NCBI GenBank assembly: GCA_032718475.1
Contig: JAUCBJ010008356.1
Coordinates: forward strand, 1 to 54,467
Origin: Nemertoderma westbladi
Lineage: Eukaryota > Animalia > Xenacoelomorpha
Length of the DNA stretch: 54,467 bases
Direction: 5' to 3'
Shown: positions 12,341 to 24,579 of the stretch, piece after piece
Numbering within the stretch: the first letter of the stretch is position 1
How the letters are laid out: every line of letters begins with the position of its first letter
The notes under the pieces: generated by a model
Told to the model about the DNA's origin: nothing
What the model saw: the letters and a program-made list of their open reading frames with translations, nothing else
Database searches by the model: none
Translations under genes and position numbers: made by a program

Positions 12341-14032
12341 ATGAATGATCCTGTTAGCAACCCTATGGCGGAAGACGAGACGGTTCTTTGTGCCGAGCAG
12401 CCCTGGTATGGTATTGGTAAACCGGATCCGGATATTGTGGTCGGGTCAGACATATTATCTGAACCGGAGACGGAGTCAGAAGTGGCAAACTTCTACCGCG
12501 GTAAAACCATCCTGATAACCGGTGCGACCGGATTCGTCGGGAAAGTCCTAGTCGAGAAACTTCTCCGCTGCTGTCCCGGAATAACTCGAATATTCGCCCT
12601 GATCCGCCCAAAAAGGAAACAATCCGTGAGGTGTCGACTCAATCTGCTCCTCGACAACGTCTTCTTCGACCGGCTTCGCGACGAACAACCCGATTTCGCG
12701 AGCAAAATAACCGCGATTCCGTCGGACTTACTGGAGGATAATCTTGGATTGAGTAACAGCGACGAAGCTAAAATCCTATCGAGTAACGTGGTATTCCATT
12801 GCGCTGCCTCCGTTAACTTCAATGACCCGCTAAAGAAAGCCTTGGGGAGTAACTGCTCGAGCATATTAAAGTTGATGGATTTAGCGAAAAGGATGAGTAA
12901 TCTAAATGTTCTGGTGCATTGCTCCACGGCCTATTCCAACTGCGATCGAAATCACATTGAGGAGACGGTATACAAACCCCCGGTGGATCCCTATAAATTA
13001 ATCGAGACAATGGAATGGCTGGACGACCGCTCGGCTAACGCTGTAACCCCCAGTCTCTTGGGGAAGCGTCCCAACACATACACGCTTACTAAAGCGCTCG
13101 CGGAGCACATCGTGGTAACGGAGGCGGGCGACGATATTCCGGTCGCGATCGTTCGTCCGACTATAATCACCTCGACCTGGAAGGAGCCGATGCCGGGATG
13201 GAACGATTCGTTTAACGGACTCTCGGGGTTGGTGGTGGCGTCCGGAACCGGTTTACTCAGGATCGTCAACGTCAATAAAGATCTCGTCACCGATATAATC
13301 CCTGTGGACGTGGTGGTGAACACGCTGGTGACGGCGGCTTGGGAGGTCGCTAGTACACGGCCGGATGGCTTCGTCTACTACTGCGGGACGAGCAGCGTGC
13401 GTCCGCTCACCTGGGACCGACTACGCGAGATCGTACTGCCTCTCCTACGCCGCACGTACCCGCTGGAGAAGGCGGTTTGGTACCCGAAGCCTTACTTCGA
13501 ACCTGAGAGTCTCATGTACACGTACTGGACGCTGGTGAGCCATCGGATACCAGCGTACCTGTTTGACGCGTATCTGCGACTGAGGGGCGCGAGACCGCGG
13601 ATGGTTCGCACCTACGATAAGATACACGCCTCCTCCGCCGCCCTGCAGCTGTTTACGACCCGGGAATGGCGCTGGTCCGACTCCAATTCCCGACGACTCC
13701 AGTCCGCTCTCTCCCCCGTCGACTCGCGAACCTTCCCCATCGACGTCGCTTCGCTCGATTGGGTTCAGTACCTCGACGACTACACCCGCGGTTCCAAACT
13801 CTACCTAATGAAGGAGGAGTTATCCCGTCTCCCCCAGGCCCACTCCCACATGAAGAAGCTGCGCAGACTACACTATCTCTATAACATGTTCGTCGCCATG
13901 GTTGTCTGGAAGATCTTCCTTCTCCGTTCCAGCATGGCCAGGAACATCTGGCAGAAGGTCGTCAACTTCGTTATGAAGATCCTCTGGAGTCTTGGCGTCT
14001 CCTGGAAGCTGTTTATGCAGTTGGGATTCTGA
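12341..14032 (+). CDS. FAR1: Fatty acyl-CoA reductase (FAR1/2-like), single-exon CDS
   Basis: 563 aa. Rossmann motif ITGATGFVGK, VFHCAASVNF, catalytic YxxxK (NTYTLTKALAE), IVRPTII, PMPGWND, C-terminal Sterile domain and hydrophobic tail. The true start may be the second ATG (12365). Confidence 0.93.
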   Translation: MNDPVSNPMAEDETVLCAEQPWYGIGKPDPDIVVGSDILSEPETESEVANFYRGKTILITGATGFVGKVLVEKLLRCCPGITRIFALIRPKRKQSVRCRLNLLLDNVFFDRLRDEQPDFASKITAIPSDLLEDNLGLSNSDEAKILSSNVVFHCAASVNFNDPLKKALGSNCSSILKLMDLAKRMSNLNVLVHCSTAYSNCDRNHIEETVYKPPVDPYKLIETMEWLDDRSANAVTPSLLGKRPNTYTLTKALAEHIVVTEAGDDIPVAIVRPTIITSTWKEPMPGWNDSFNGLSGLVVASGTGLLRIVNVNKDLVTDIIPVDVVVNTLVTAAWEVASTRPDGFVYYCGTSSVRPLTWDRLREIVLPLLRRTYPLEKAVWYPKPYFEPESLMYTYWTLVSHRIPAYLFDAYLRLRGARPRMVRTYDKIHASSAALQLFTTREWRWSDSNSRRLQSALSPVDSRTFPIDVASLDWVQYLDDYTRGSKLYLMKEELSRLPQAHSHMKKLRRLHYLYNMFVAMVVWKIFLLRSSMARNIWQKVVNFVMKILWSLGVSWKLFMQLGF

Positions 14033-14612
14033 TTAAACATTCCGGCGCGCACGTCAATCATAGTCTAAGCATGTTGTTAAGGGAGATTAATTGTTGTATC
14101 CAGGGAGATGAATAGCACAGGCCGTCGGGGTAACGGGTAACTAACTGGTCGCATTTATTATCTCAGGTAACTATAGTGAGTTTATCACACTACTAAATGG
14201 TGTTTTTCTCGTGAAACGGAAATGTTTTTCTTTTTTTTGGTGCCTGACTCATCGTCTCTAAGTAATTTCCACTGAATATCCACTATAAATATAATTATTA
14301 CCGGGTCGGTTGGTCGCCCCATTGGCCTGTGTTTATACATATTGCTTCAGATATTATATTAACGTTGTTTCCTTACTCTCTGTAAATGGCATCGGGCCCG
14401 TTGATTCTATGCACTTAATATTCTCATTTGCTTTAACCAGTTCCGGTTGTCTAATTCGTATTTTAACGAACTGGTAAACTTCAGAGGAATAAATTATTGT
14501 AAATCTTTCGCATTTCTGTTTAGTTTAATTTATAATTATTTAATGTAGACAACCGCCTTCACTCCGCTTTGTCAAACACTTTTTTCGTTTTATTTATTGT
14601 TATTGTCTCTTA

Positions 14613-14769
14613 GGGGTCGTCCATAAAAATATTTGTTTTTTTTAAAAACGTCCATAAAAAAAATCTCTTTTTGAGATATTTTCGACATATTCGCTCCCTC
14701 AGTCCAGAAATTGTCCCGAAGTTAACATCCCCTGCCGTTCCCAGCATGGTATCATTTATGGATGGTCCC
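14613..14769. mobile_element. PIF/Harbinger (Tourist)-like MITE
   Basis: Imperfect TIRs ggggtcgtccataaa / tttatggatggtccc, flanked by TTA on both sides. Confidence 0.6.
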
Positions 14770-15504
14770 TTACGGTACTTAAATAGCGCGTTAAATGTAA
14801 TTTGGTTCGCTCTAAATATTTACAACTGTGAAGCAACTAACTGTTAAACGGTGGTAATTCTGTCTATTAAAATATAGAAATTGCAATAGAATATTATTAC
14901 ATTTATTAAGACATATGTAATTATTTCGAGGTTTTTGGTCTTAGTAATTGTAATAGATACAGATAATAGTTAATATTTTAGCGGTCGTTGTATTTTAATG
15001 CGGTCCGTGTTTGCATTACTAGATTACGGAATCCCATATGTGCTAATATATAAATTGTTATTGAATTTGTTATTTTTCAAATGTTTATTAAAATATATTA
15101 TAAAATCGTTATTTTATTGCATTCGTGTGAACAAATTGTTGTAGCGTATTAATAAAGGAGTTAAAAGTTTGAAATAAAAGTAAGAGGATTTATTTACTAA
15201 TTCACCGATTGCTTATATTTACTTTGTTGACTTTGGGCGAGAGCCATGAAGTATAACGTAGCGTTTATATGGGGCCTTCCTTCCCATTCCGAGAGCATTT
15301 ATCCGTTTGTGCTGAAACTTAGTACATAGAGTAGGTGTTTATATAATTATTAGTGATTCCATTGTTTTAGTACCGGAATACCTTCCGAAATGAATTTATT
15401 AAACTCGAGCTAATGTTAGGTAAATAAAACGGGTTACATAATATAACAGGTCTGTAAATGACTTCCAGTTCTATATCTGACTGACTCAGCCTAGGATTTA
15501 TGTG

Positions 15505-16353
15505 AGCTGCTTGTCTCGCCCTACCAACGACATTGTCTCGCCCTACCAACCACATTGTCTCGACCTACCAACGACATTGTCTCGCCCTACCAACCACATT
15601 GTCTCGCCCTACCAGCGACATTGTCTCGCCCTACCAACGACATTGTCTCGCCCTACCAGCGACATTGTCTCGCCCTACCAACCACATTGTCTCGCCCTAC
15701 CAACCACATTGTCTCGTCCTACCAACTGAGCTGCTTGTCTCGCCCTACCAACGACATTGTCTCGTCCTACCAACTGAGCTGCTTGTCTCGCCCTACCAAC
15801 CGAGCTGCTTGTCTCGCCCTACCAACCACATTGTCTCGACCTACCAACGACATTGTCTCGCCCTACCAACGACATTGTCTCGCCCTACCAACCACATTGT
15901 CTCGACCTACCAACGACATTGTCTCGCCCTACCAACGACATTGTCTCGCCCTACCAACCACATTGTCTCGCCCTACCAGCGACATTGTCTCGCCCTACCA
16001 ACGACATTGTCTCGTCCTACCAACTGAGCTGCTTGTCTCGCCCTACCAACCAAGCTGCTTGTCTCGCCCTACCAACCACATTGTCTCGCCCTACCAACCA
16101 CATTGTCTCGCCCTACCAACGACATTGTCTCGCCCTACCAACCACATTGTCTCGACCTACCAACGACATTGTCTCGCCCTACCAACGACATTGTCTCGCC
16201 CTACCAACCACATTGTCTCGCCCTACCAGCGACATTGTCTCGCCCTACCAACGACATTGTCTCGTCCTACCAACTGAGCTGCTTGTCTCGCCCTACCAAC
16301 CGAGCTGCTTGTCTCGCCCTACCAACCACATTGTCTCGCCCTACCAACCACAT
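15505..16353. repeat. Minisatellite, 22-bp unit ttgtctcgccctaccaac(g/c)aca with 26-bp variants
   Basis: Roughly 35-40 tandem units with recurring variant blocks; accounts for the repetitive ORFs in the track. Confidence 0.95.
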
Positions 16354-18111
16354 TGGTAATAACTTAGCAGCTGATTAATCACTGAATTATTAACTATTTT
16401 ATTAATTTAATTAGGAATAAATTTAAATATCTTATTGTAACTAAATAATGGCTATTTTATTAATTTATTTTAACCGCATTGTAGGTACAAGTAACTATAG
16501 TTCGGCATAAGGAACTGATTGGTGTTAATGAAAAGGAACTGTTAATTAATTGGAGCCCATTGATTATTTATTATGAATCGGAACGGTATATATGCCTATT
16601 GTGTGCTTCTGCTTATTTATAAATATATTTTAATTTTTTAGTGTATAAATTACGTTTGTAAATGTTAATAATAATTCACTGTGTGTAAATTTAATCATTG
16701 TATTTGAGGTATGATAATAGGCTATCGTCATATATTATATTGAAATACAGAAATACAATTAATGCAAATAATTAACATTTATTTACGAAAATTTCCATGA
16801 TCGTAAGTAAGCGTGCGATTGAGACGGGGGGGGGGGGGGGTGGTGTTGGTGGTCTTTACGCAAATCCCTTATCTGGGAATTAATATCTCTCCATCTCGAC
16901 CAGGTCACAGTGGCACGTTATTCTAACCAAAACAATAAACAAAAGTTAATAGAACAGGTTACAGTTTTATTTTTGTAAGTAATCAGCTGTTATGTGTCGG
17001 TTATAATGTCGATTTTCCTCTGGAGGGGATGAATTTTTATTGTATAGAAGGTCCCCCTCCTATCTCCGGAGGTTAAAAGTTCACCCGATAAAGATTCTCC
17101 ACTTATTTGGTGTCAATTTAATGCACTCTAGGTCGTTGGTAGGGCAGCCCTGATCTCTAGACCACAATAAATGGAATTTAGTAATATTCAATAACAAATA
17201 AAGAGTTTAAAAGCAAAGAGTAAAGTCTAGATGGTAAGATAATCTGGTTACCGAACGTAATACAGCGAGGCGTAACGTCTGTTAAAAGTTGTTCAACTTA
17301 CCAGTAACCTTAATCGAAGCAGTAAAAGTGGTTACATTAATACGGAACATAAAACAACTGCATTAAAAAACATTTTAGTGGGTCTTCGAGCAGCACCTGA
17401 AGCCAAAACGAGTACGAATAGGTACTGGTAGTGGTTGAGACATAAGAGCTTTATTTCGGGACGTATTACGTTGCAACAAGCAATCTGTAGCGGTTGAAAA
17501 TGTATTATTTGAAGAGAAATAAAAATTAAGATAGACAAAAACAGTAAAGATGGATGAAAGCAAGGTCAACGATGGTCCTACTCAATGGATTAGGAAAGTT
17601 GTTCTGATTCGGTTCTTACTAGAATAATGTTATGATTGTTTTTCGAATTTAGACCTACCGGTATCTATAAAGAGGAGATTTTTGTGTGTCATTTTATCTT
17701 ACTGTCTAGGATTCTATTCCGGGATTCTATTTCATATTATATGTGTATTGCTAACAAAGATTCATAGAAGTAATGTAGAAATGTGTACAATTAACTAAGT
17801 AGAAGCATTCAGACCTCCGCTCCGGAGGGAGCGAGGATAAGACAATTAATTAAGTAACATAGATAACAATGTTAGTTGATAACAAGCAACAATTATGTAA
17901 TTTCCTTCTCTTGTGGCTACTTTTATTGCACGTGTTACTGAACTATGACTACGGCTACAGAATATACCGTTAAGTTGAAACATAATTAATGAAAAATAGT
18001 AGTAATAATGAGTCAAAAAAAGGAGTTATTGTTTCCTTTACAAGATTTGATGCAATCTGTTCCATTCATTGCGGAAAAGGTTAAATAATTAATCAATTCG
18101 TTATCTCTAAA

Positions 18112-19323
18112 TTAGTTAAAGACACCGGGGTCTATAAATGGGTTTAGTTGCACACAGTTGTTGTAGGGACGACCCATTTGATCGTAATGGGACACACGAC
18201 AACAGCGATCGCACAGGAAGGCGGGGTCAGTTGGGGCAATATGGGAGCGGGTGATGCACCACTGGGAGCTGCGGTCCCTACAGACCATGCAGACGACCCG
18301 GGGGAACCGGGTGCGAGCCACAACCCAAGGGTAGGCGGTCGCGCACTGGGGGTCCGACGGGTGCAACATACGAAGGTCGCGGAACACGAACAGATGCTCG
18401 CAGTCCCCCTGGTGGCAGTACAGATAGGGCTGACCCATACGGATACTCAGCTGGTTGAACCGCGCGTCCATGGAGTTCGTTCTAAAGGGACCCAATCCCC
18501 GAGTACGCTCCGAGGCCCAGTCCACTATAAACGACGAGTAGTCATGACAACCCGCCCGCTTGTCGTCGTAGAAAACCCCCTCGATATAGAAAAATGAAGA
18601 TTTATATTTCTCTTTTGCGGTGACGCGGTTTTTCACTATTTTATTTATATTTCCCGTTGTAGGTCCCACCGATGTCCAGTCGGAAGGACACAAAATGGCG
18701 TCCTTTAGTTCGACGAGTGTCTGTCCCCCGTACACCATGTAGTCCCGGTCTACGCGAATGTTACTCTTGATCTTGGGCACCTGGGCCTGCACCACGGACA
18801 CCATGAGCACCACGTTGGGTGTCGGCACCCGTTCTGCGGTGGGCACTTCGTCCCTGGGTGCCCGCGGCGCCCCACAATCCGTTCGGAACATGGAGGAATA
18901 ATCCCCCAGCATCGCCGTGCGGTTACCCTTTGGGTTGCGTTTCCACCGACCGGTCGGCGTTTGGTTGATGTACCGTAAGGCGACGGTGGCCAGCTGTTTA
19001 GCCTCCCCCATCACCAGCTCCGACCACGTGTGGCCTGTGGGAGGCCCTGCGGCCCATCCGTCTCCAGCATCCACCGTCAGGGTCCCTTCGCCGCAGACAG
19101 CGACCAGATCTTCAACATCCGCTGTTGTGATTCCCATCTTCTCGGCGATCACTTCGTCTGAATCTTTCGCTACCGGGAAGCAACCCACTTCCACGCTCCC
19201 CAACCGCTCTTCCCATTCCCTCTGGAACTCTCCTACGTTGATTAACGGTCTAACATAATCCTCCTTTATAATCGGCGTTGGGTCTTTTCCAGTAGTAATT
19301 CCATCGGGTTCTGTTTCAGCCAT
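18112..19323 (-). CDS. SNAPC3: snRNA-activating protein complex subunit 3 (SNAP50), single-exon CDS
   Basis: 403 aa with SNAP50 C-terminal motifs GGQTLVELKDAILCPSD, KSSFFYIEGVFYDD, GQPYLYCHQGDCEH, CMVC and DPAFLCDRCCRVSHY. Confidence 0.92.
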   Translation of the reverse strand: MAETEPDGITTGKDPTPIIKEDYVRPLINVGEFQREWEERLGSVEVGCFPVAKDSDEVIAEKMGITTADVEDLVAVCGEGTLTVDAGDGWAAGPPTGHTWSELVMGEAKQLATVALRYINQTPTGRWKRNPKGNRTAMLGDYSSMFRTDCGAPRAPRDEVPTAERVPTPNVVLMVSVVQAQVPKIKSNIRVDRDYMVYGGQTLVELKDAILCPSDWTSVGPTTGNINKIVKNRVTAKEKYKSSFFYIEGVFYDDKRAGCHDYSSFIVDWASERTRGLGPFRTNSMDARFNQLSIRMGQPYLYCHQGDCEHLFVFRDLRMLHPSDPQCATAYPWVVARTRFPRVVCMVCRDRSSQWCITRSHIAPTDPAFLCDRCCRVSHYDQMGRPYNNCVQLNPFIDPGVFN

Positions 19324-20643
19324 TGCTACAGTTATGATAAACGAAATGGAGAATGGAGTTTAGTGTCCAATGTAATATGAAATGCAGTTCAGCTACGCTA
19401 CAATACACTGATAAAGTACAAACCACGATTACAGCACAGAAGCGAAAAGCACAAACAATAGCAATAATTCATGCATTACAGAATTCTGCTGGGGTTTACA
19501 CAGTATTTAATAATAGTTTATAAAACCTATTTTACATATAAACAGTACCGTAAGTCTTCTATACAAATGCAATGCCCACTCCAATATAGTGCAAAAAAAT
19601 AATGAAATAATATAATATAGTATTTCCTTATTATTCCTAACCAATCACTAAGAATAATCAAGCTCTTATTGATGGGTAATATTGTAATTTCTTACTAAAC
19701 TGACCTTATGTTATAATCTAAACTGAAACAAAATACTTAGGTAGTTAAGTTATACACTTATACATGTCAAAAAACATTTTTTTTTTTCAAAATTCCCCTT
19801 TACGGTGTTATAGTGTTCTCATTACCCTAGTTTCAAGTTATCAACAATTATTATTTCGATATAACTACAAGTGATTAGTAATTATCTGTAAGATATCTGT
19901 CCTTTTTTTTCACTTAAGACTTAACCTTGCATGGTGGGTGGGTGGTTATACCAGGTAATATATGATCGTCATCAATACTGACTGATACCCAGTTGGCGTC
20001 GTCATTGAGGGAACGACTGATTGATACAGACAGTTCATCTGATTGTTTTATATATTTTCGTATTTATACTGTTATATTTACTGTTGGAATTGAACGAATA
20101 ATTATCACGTTTTCTGTTTTCATTATAATTAAATTTAAAATGCAATACATTACAGGAACCGCTATTGGCGCACTGTTATAAGTTATGACTATTTTCATAA
20201 TTATTGAATATATTTGGCTGTAATTTAATAAACCCATTGCAATAGTGGAATGGTTTTTAAAGAAACAAGGAAACAACAATAAAGTTAAGATTGATATTGA
20301 CGCAAAAGTATGATATTGAATTAATCTTTAAAATTAAATTAACTGTAGAAAATTAATTTCGCTTTAAGGTATAACAACACAATATAACTTTAAACAAGGG
20401 CTTTTCCCATTGGAATGATAGTGAGTAAAAAGGAACACTCCCCTGGGGGATCGAAAATCGTATCGTTTTTGCGTATAAATAAGTTTTGATCCGGTGTAGA
20501 CTTTTAGGAAAACCCCCAATTTTGACAGTTGGGCATCGACAGTCGGATTATTGATGACAACAATATTAGCTACCCAAATAATCAGACAAAATAATTACCA
20601 TACAGTACTTCCATGTAAGCTAAAATGCAATATCTGTCGGACT

Positions 20644-21093
20644 CAGTGGCGTAGCTGATGTTTGTGGCAAGGGGGGCCTACCACGATTTTGGCGCCCCCC
20701 CCCCCCCCCCCTCCCCTTAGAAAAAATAATAAATTAATTTAACTTTTTGTAGGTTACCTATTTCTAGGGTTTTACAGGAAGAAGTCCTAACGGTCTTCTA
20801 ATAAGTTAAAACATAGCAAAGCAACATCGCTATTGTATGCCATACAAGCTGGTTGTATGTAATGGCAAAAAATTGTGTTAGAGAATTAATTAAAAAGTTT
20901 ATTGATATAGAATGTATTGAAGGTATTTATTAAAAAGTTTTCAACTATTTTATATTAATTTTCAAATGGGAGCAACCAAGTTTGAAAATATATTGTTCAT
21001 TCACCGCGATTTTAGCGCCCCCCTGACGCCAGGCCGGGGGGGGGGGGGGGGGGGGGGCTGGGCCCCCCGGCCCCCCCCTCAGCTACGCCACTC
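20644..21093. mobile_element. hAT-like MITE
   Basis: TIR cagtggcgtagctga / tcagctacgccactc, poly-C/poly-G subterminal tracts, and duplicated flank tcggact at 20637-20643 and 21094-21100. Confidence 0.8.
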
Positions 21094-21565
21094 TCGGACT
21101 ATAATGGCCGTTCTCGGGGGGCGTTCGCTTGAAAGAATGTATGAAGAATACAGTACAACAATCTAAGGGCGAGTTAAACCTCTGTAGGCCTTATGAGCTA
21201 CTGTAGTTTCTATCCTACTGTATCATTCCACACTCCATCTGGTGCCAAATGCACCCCTATGTAAGATTATTATCGGTCGGTCTCTTTCTATTTGCTAACT
21301 GCTGTATTAATGTTATGGGAAAGGCATTATTGGGTTTGAGTTGGGGAATTCGATGCAATATAAAATGTACTCTGTCTACTTATGTTTGTTTTAAATATAC
21401 AGCGTACTATACATAAATACAATAATAAAATAAAAATACTGTATAATAATCTTGGGTCTATAAAACTATCTGCTGTTACCCATGTGTTACACTTAAGTGA
21501 TACATACAATAGTTGTGAATAGCTGAATATTTATAATAATATTAATTAATTAAATTTACTTAATA

Positions 21566-23371
21566 ATGTTGCAACACAGTCGTTTACAACAAATACTGTT
21601 TCGCAGCAGGGGGAGACCTGTTCCTCCGTCGAAATGGTTTGCTTACCGAAGAGCCCAACATACGTTACCTCAAACAACTGTGGACAAGTACACAAACAGT
21701 TACGTTCACTGCACCTCTAACAAACAGCTCCTTTACAAAACAGTTGGACAAATCGTCCGTGAAACTTGCGAGAGACTCCCCGATAAACTGGCCTTTGTAG
21801 ACCGGGAGGCCGATAAACGTATGACGTTCTCAGAGTTTCAGATGGAGACCGACAGACTGGCGGCGGGTCTACTGGCTTTGGGTCTGTCCAGAGGGGACCG
21901 GGTGGGTATTATGGGACCTTCGTCTATGGATTGGGTTCTCACCCAATACGCTGCTGCTAAAGCCGGACTTATTCTAGTGAACATTAACCCCGCGTACCGT
22001 ACGGCTGAACTGGAGTTCGCACTTCGGAAGGTCGGATGCAAGGCGTTGGTGTCGGATGTCAGTCATAAAACCCAGGATTATTACGGAATGATGTCCGAGA
22101 TATGCCCGGAATTGGAAAGTGCGAAACCGGGTAGTCTGAACTCCAAAGCCCTTCCTTTATTTAAGCATCTTATTATGATGGGTGATGGTAAACATTCTGG
22201 GGCCTGGAACATCATGGATATATTGGGTGCGGGCAGCTCTGTGGAGTTTAAAGAATTGCAATTCTTAGCTGATACTCTCCAAAGCGACCAGCCAATCAAC
22301 ATACAGTTTACCAGCGGAACCACAGGTCAACCAAAAGGAGCCACACTTAGCCACTTCAACATCGTGAATAACGGTTACTTAGTGGGAGTGCGATTGAAGT
22401 ACCACGAATTCGATGATATTCTGTGCATGCCGGTGCCTCTGTACCATTGTTTCGGTATGGTGCTGGGCAGTCTCAGCTGCATGGTGCATGGAACGCCGTT
22501 GGTAATACCCAGTAAAGGGTTTGACGCTTTGCAGTGCCTTAAAGCCATCCACGAAAACAGATGCACGTCTATCTACGGAACACCTACGATGTTTATAGAC
22601 ATGCTGAATCAACCGAACTTCGAACAATTCGACTTGACGTGTCTGCGAACTGGCCTTATGGCGGGCTCCCCTTGTCCTGTGGAAGTAATGAAACAAGTTA
22701 TACATAAAATGCACTGTAAAGATATGGGCGTGGCTTACGGTATGACTGAGAATTCTCCGGCGACCACTTCAGTCTTCCTGGATGACCCTGTTGAGGTCCG
22801 CTGTGAGACAGTCGGCTATCCTTTAGATCACCTGGAAGGGAAGGTTGTCAACCCGGCAACTAAAGACGACTCCATTCTCCCTGTTAACACATCTGGGGAA
22901 CTCTGTTTTCGCGGCCATTGCGTTATGTTGGGCTATTGGGAAGACGACGCTAAGACCAAAGAAGACCTTAGACCATCGGGCTGGTGGCATACCGGAGATC
23001 TGGCGACGATAGACGAGTCGGGATACGTTCGAATTGTTGGTCGAATGAAAGACGTTATAATTCGCGGCGGAGAGAATATTTATCCGCGCGAAATCGAGGA
23101 GTTTTTATACACTCACAGTAAAGTAGAAGATGTCCAGGTTATAGGGATTCCATCTGAGCGACTTGGGGAAGAGGTCTGTGCTTGGATTAAGCTTAAAGAA
23201 CCGGCGACCGAAACTGAGATTAAGGAATACTGTAAGAAATCTATCTCACATTTTAAGATACCAAAACACATATTTTTTGTGGATAGTTTTCCAATGACAG
23301 TAACAGGGAAAATCCAGAAATTTAAAATGCGAGAGGAAACTGTGAAAATGTTGGGAGAGGGAAGTTCTTAG
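21566..23371 (+). CDS. ACSF2: Medium-chain acyl-CoA ligase ACSF2-like, probably mitochondrial, single-exon CDS
   Basis: 601 aa. Arg-rich N-terminus resembling a transit peptide; AMP-binding motifs INIQFTSGTTGQPKG, VPLYHCFG, YGMTENSP, WHTGDLA, GRMKDVIIRGGENIYPREIE and TVTGKIQK. Confidence 0.93.
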   Translation: MLQHSRLQQILFRSRGRPVPPSKWFAYRRAQHTLPQTTVDKYTNSYVHCTSNKQLLYKTVGQIVRETCERLPDKLAFVDREADKRMTFSEFQMETDRLAAGLLALGLSRGDRVGIMGPSSMDWVLTQYAAAKAGLILVNINPAYRTAELEFALRKVGCKALVSDVSHKTQDYYGMMSEICPELESAKPGSLNSKALPLFKHLIMMGDGKHSGAWNIMDILGAGSSVEFKELQFLADTLQSDQPINIQFTSGTTGQPKGATLSHFNIVNNGYLVGVRLKYHEFDDILCMPVPLYHCFGMVLGSLSCMVHGTPLVIPSKGFDALQCLKAIHENRCTSIYGTPTMFIDMLNQPNFEQFDLTCLRTGLMAGSPCPVEVMKQVIHKMHCKDMGVAYGMTENSPATTSVFLDDPVEVRCETVGYPLDHLEGKVVNPATKDDSILPVNTSGELCFRGHCVMLGYWEDDAKTKEDLRPSGWWHTGDLATIDESGYVRIVGRMKDVIIRGGENIYPREIEEFLYTHSKVEDVQVIGIPSERLGEEVCAWIKLKEPATETEIKEYCKKSISHFKIPKHIFFVDSFPMTVTGKIQKFKMREETVKMLGEGSS

Positions 23372-23817
23372 GACTACTCGCCGGAATTCTACATCCCCAC
23401 TTGAGTTAAGTTTTAACACGTTGTTGATGATCTAAGATATTTTAGTTTTAGTTTTAAATTGACTTAACTATCATCTTTAAGAGGACATATTTCCAATGTT
23501 CTGTTGAAAAATGTTGACTGTTTCTGAAATGAAAATATCCACCTCCATCGGCCTTGTGCTGCAGATTTCGAATATGAAAACAGTTTTCTATTTAACCAAA
23601 GTTAACTGTACAGTATTATCAAAATTCTAAGGTAAACGTTATATATAGTGAATCGATCGTTGGTTTGGTCAAAATTTAAACGTTGTTTACCTGCCTATGA
23701 GTTTAGTGAATATATTTTTTGATTTTTTTTCTCCCCAAATATGGTTTATACCAGACCGCTCTACAAAATAAAGTGGTATAATCCCCAATGACCTACTATT
23801 ATAGATGACTGTTATAG

Positions 23818-24350
23818 TACTACTACTAGGATCGGCATGCTGCATTGCAGCTGCATTTTCAAGAATGCTGTGCCGGCTTATCGACAAAATTGCACCGCCA
23901 CAACTTCCTATCACCCATGACATTTGCTATATTATCCGCATCTGCAAGGCCAGTGTCCATAAGATGCGTCTCAAGAAAGTCATGGGCTGTCCACCATGCT
24001 TATTCATTCCATGAGGCTGCCAAAGCACAAGTTTATGCACTGACTGATCCTCACGGCTAAAGCAATGTCCTGCAAAGTCCAGGGGACCTTTTTCCTGTTT
24101 CGCGGGTATACAGGAACTGTTTCTGCAGCTGCTAACTTAACTGCTTCTGTGAAGGCAGTATAGCCCTCACAATGATCTGCTGCCTCAGAGGCAAGAACCT
24201 CATGCATGTTGCTCAGCTGTAGTGTGAAGCTGGATCTCACACTTGGCTGTTGCAACAGAGAGGACCAGTCATGCCGCGGCAAAGCAGATTTCGTTGTTCT
24301 GCTAGCACGCAGACTTTCTACGAAACAGAATATGGTCTATCTGGGACTCC
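23818..24350 (-). mobile_element. RTE-clade LINE, internally deleted relic
   Basis: (TAG)n tail and 3' end match 53480-53725. These are joined directly to upstream ORF remnants (SQIDHILFRRK from the endonuclease end; AAAETVPVYPRNRKKVPW linker), with the RT core missing. Confidence 0.75.
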
Positions 24351-24352
24351 CA

Positions 24353-24579
24353 CCCACATGTGAAGAATACCAGATTTTCACTTTTCGGTCTAAATTTTAT
24401 TGAAATTTTATACACGAAAAGTTTGTAAATTCTATTTAATTTCTTCATATTAAGTGTTTTACAAGGCTTATTTCTATCTTATAACCTGTACATATACTAA
24501 TTCGTTTATTGTTTTGGTTAGATACAGCGCTTCTTTAACCTGGGTTTTTAGTGAAATCCTGGTATTCTTCACATGGGGG
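24353..24579. mobile_element. Small inverted-repeat element (MITE-like)
   Basis: ccacatgtgaagaataccagattttcac is mirrored by gtgaaatcctggtattcttcacatgggg; no TSD resolved. Confidence 0.6.

Noticed and set aside
15025-15048. tacggaatcccata as the left TIR partner of the satellite's terminal motif (would define an 18.7-kb gene-carrying element)
   Set aside because: The flanking 6-mers do not match (ctagat vs cgtgtt) and the similarity is short; probably an independent relic.
15502-16378. Overlapping 75-240 aa ORFs with repeating peptides
   Set aside because: By-products of the 22-bp minisatellite; open in several frames with no ATG context or domain.
1015-23371. Bacterial origin or contamination as the reason for intronless genes
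   Set aside because: SNAPC3 and CCDC13 are eukaryote-specific, FAR and ACSF2 look animal-type with targeting features, and the genes are embedded among animal LINEs, SINEs and MITEs.
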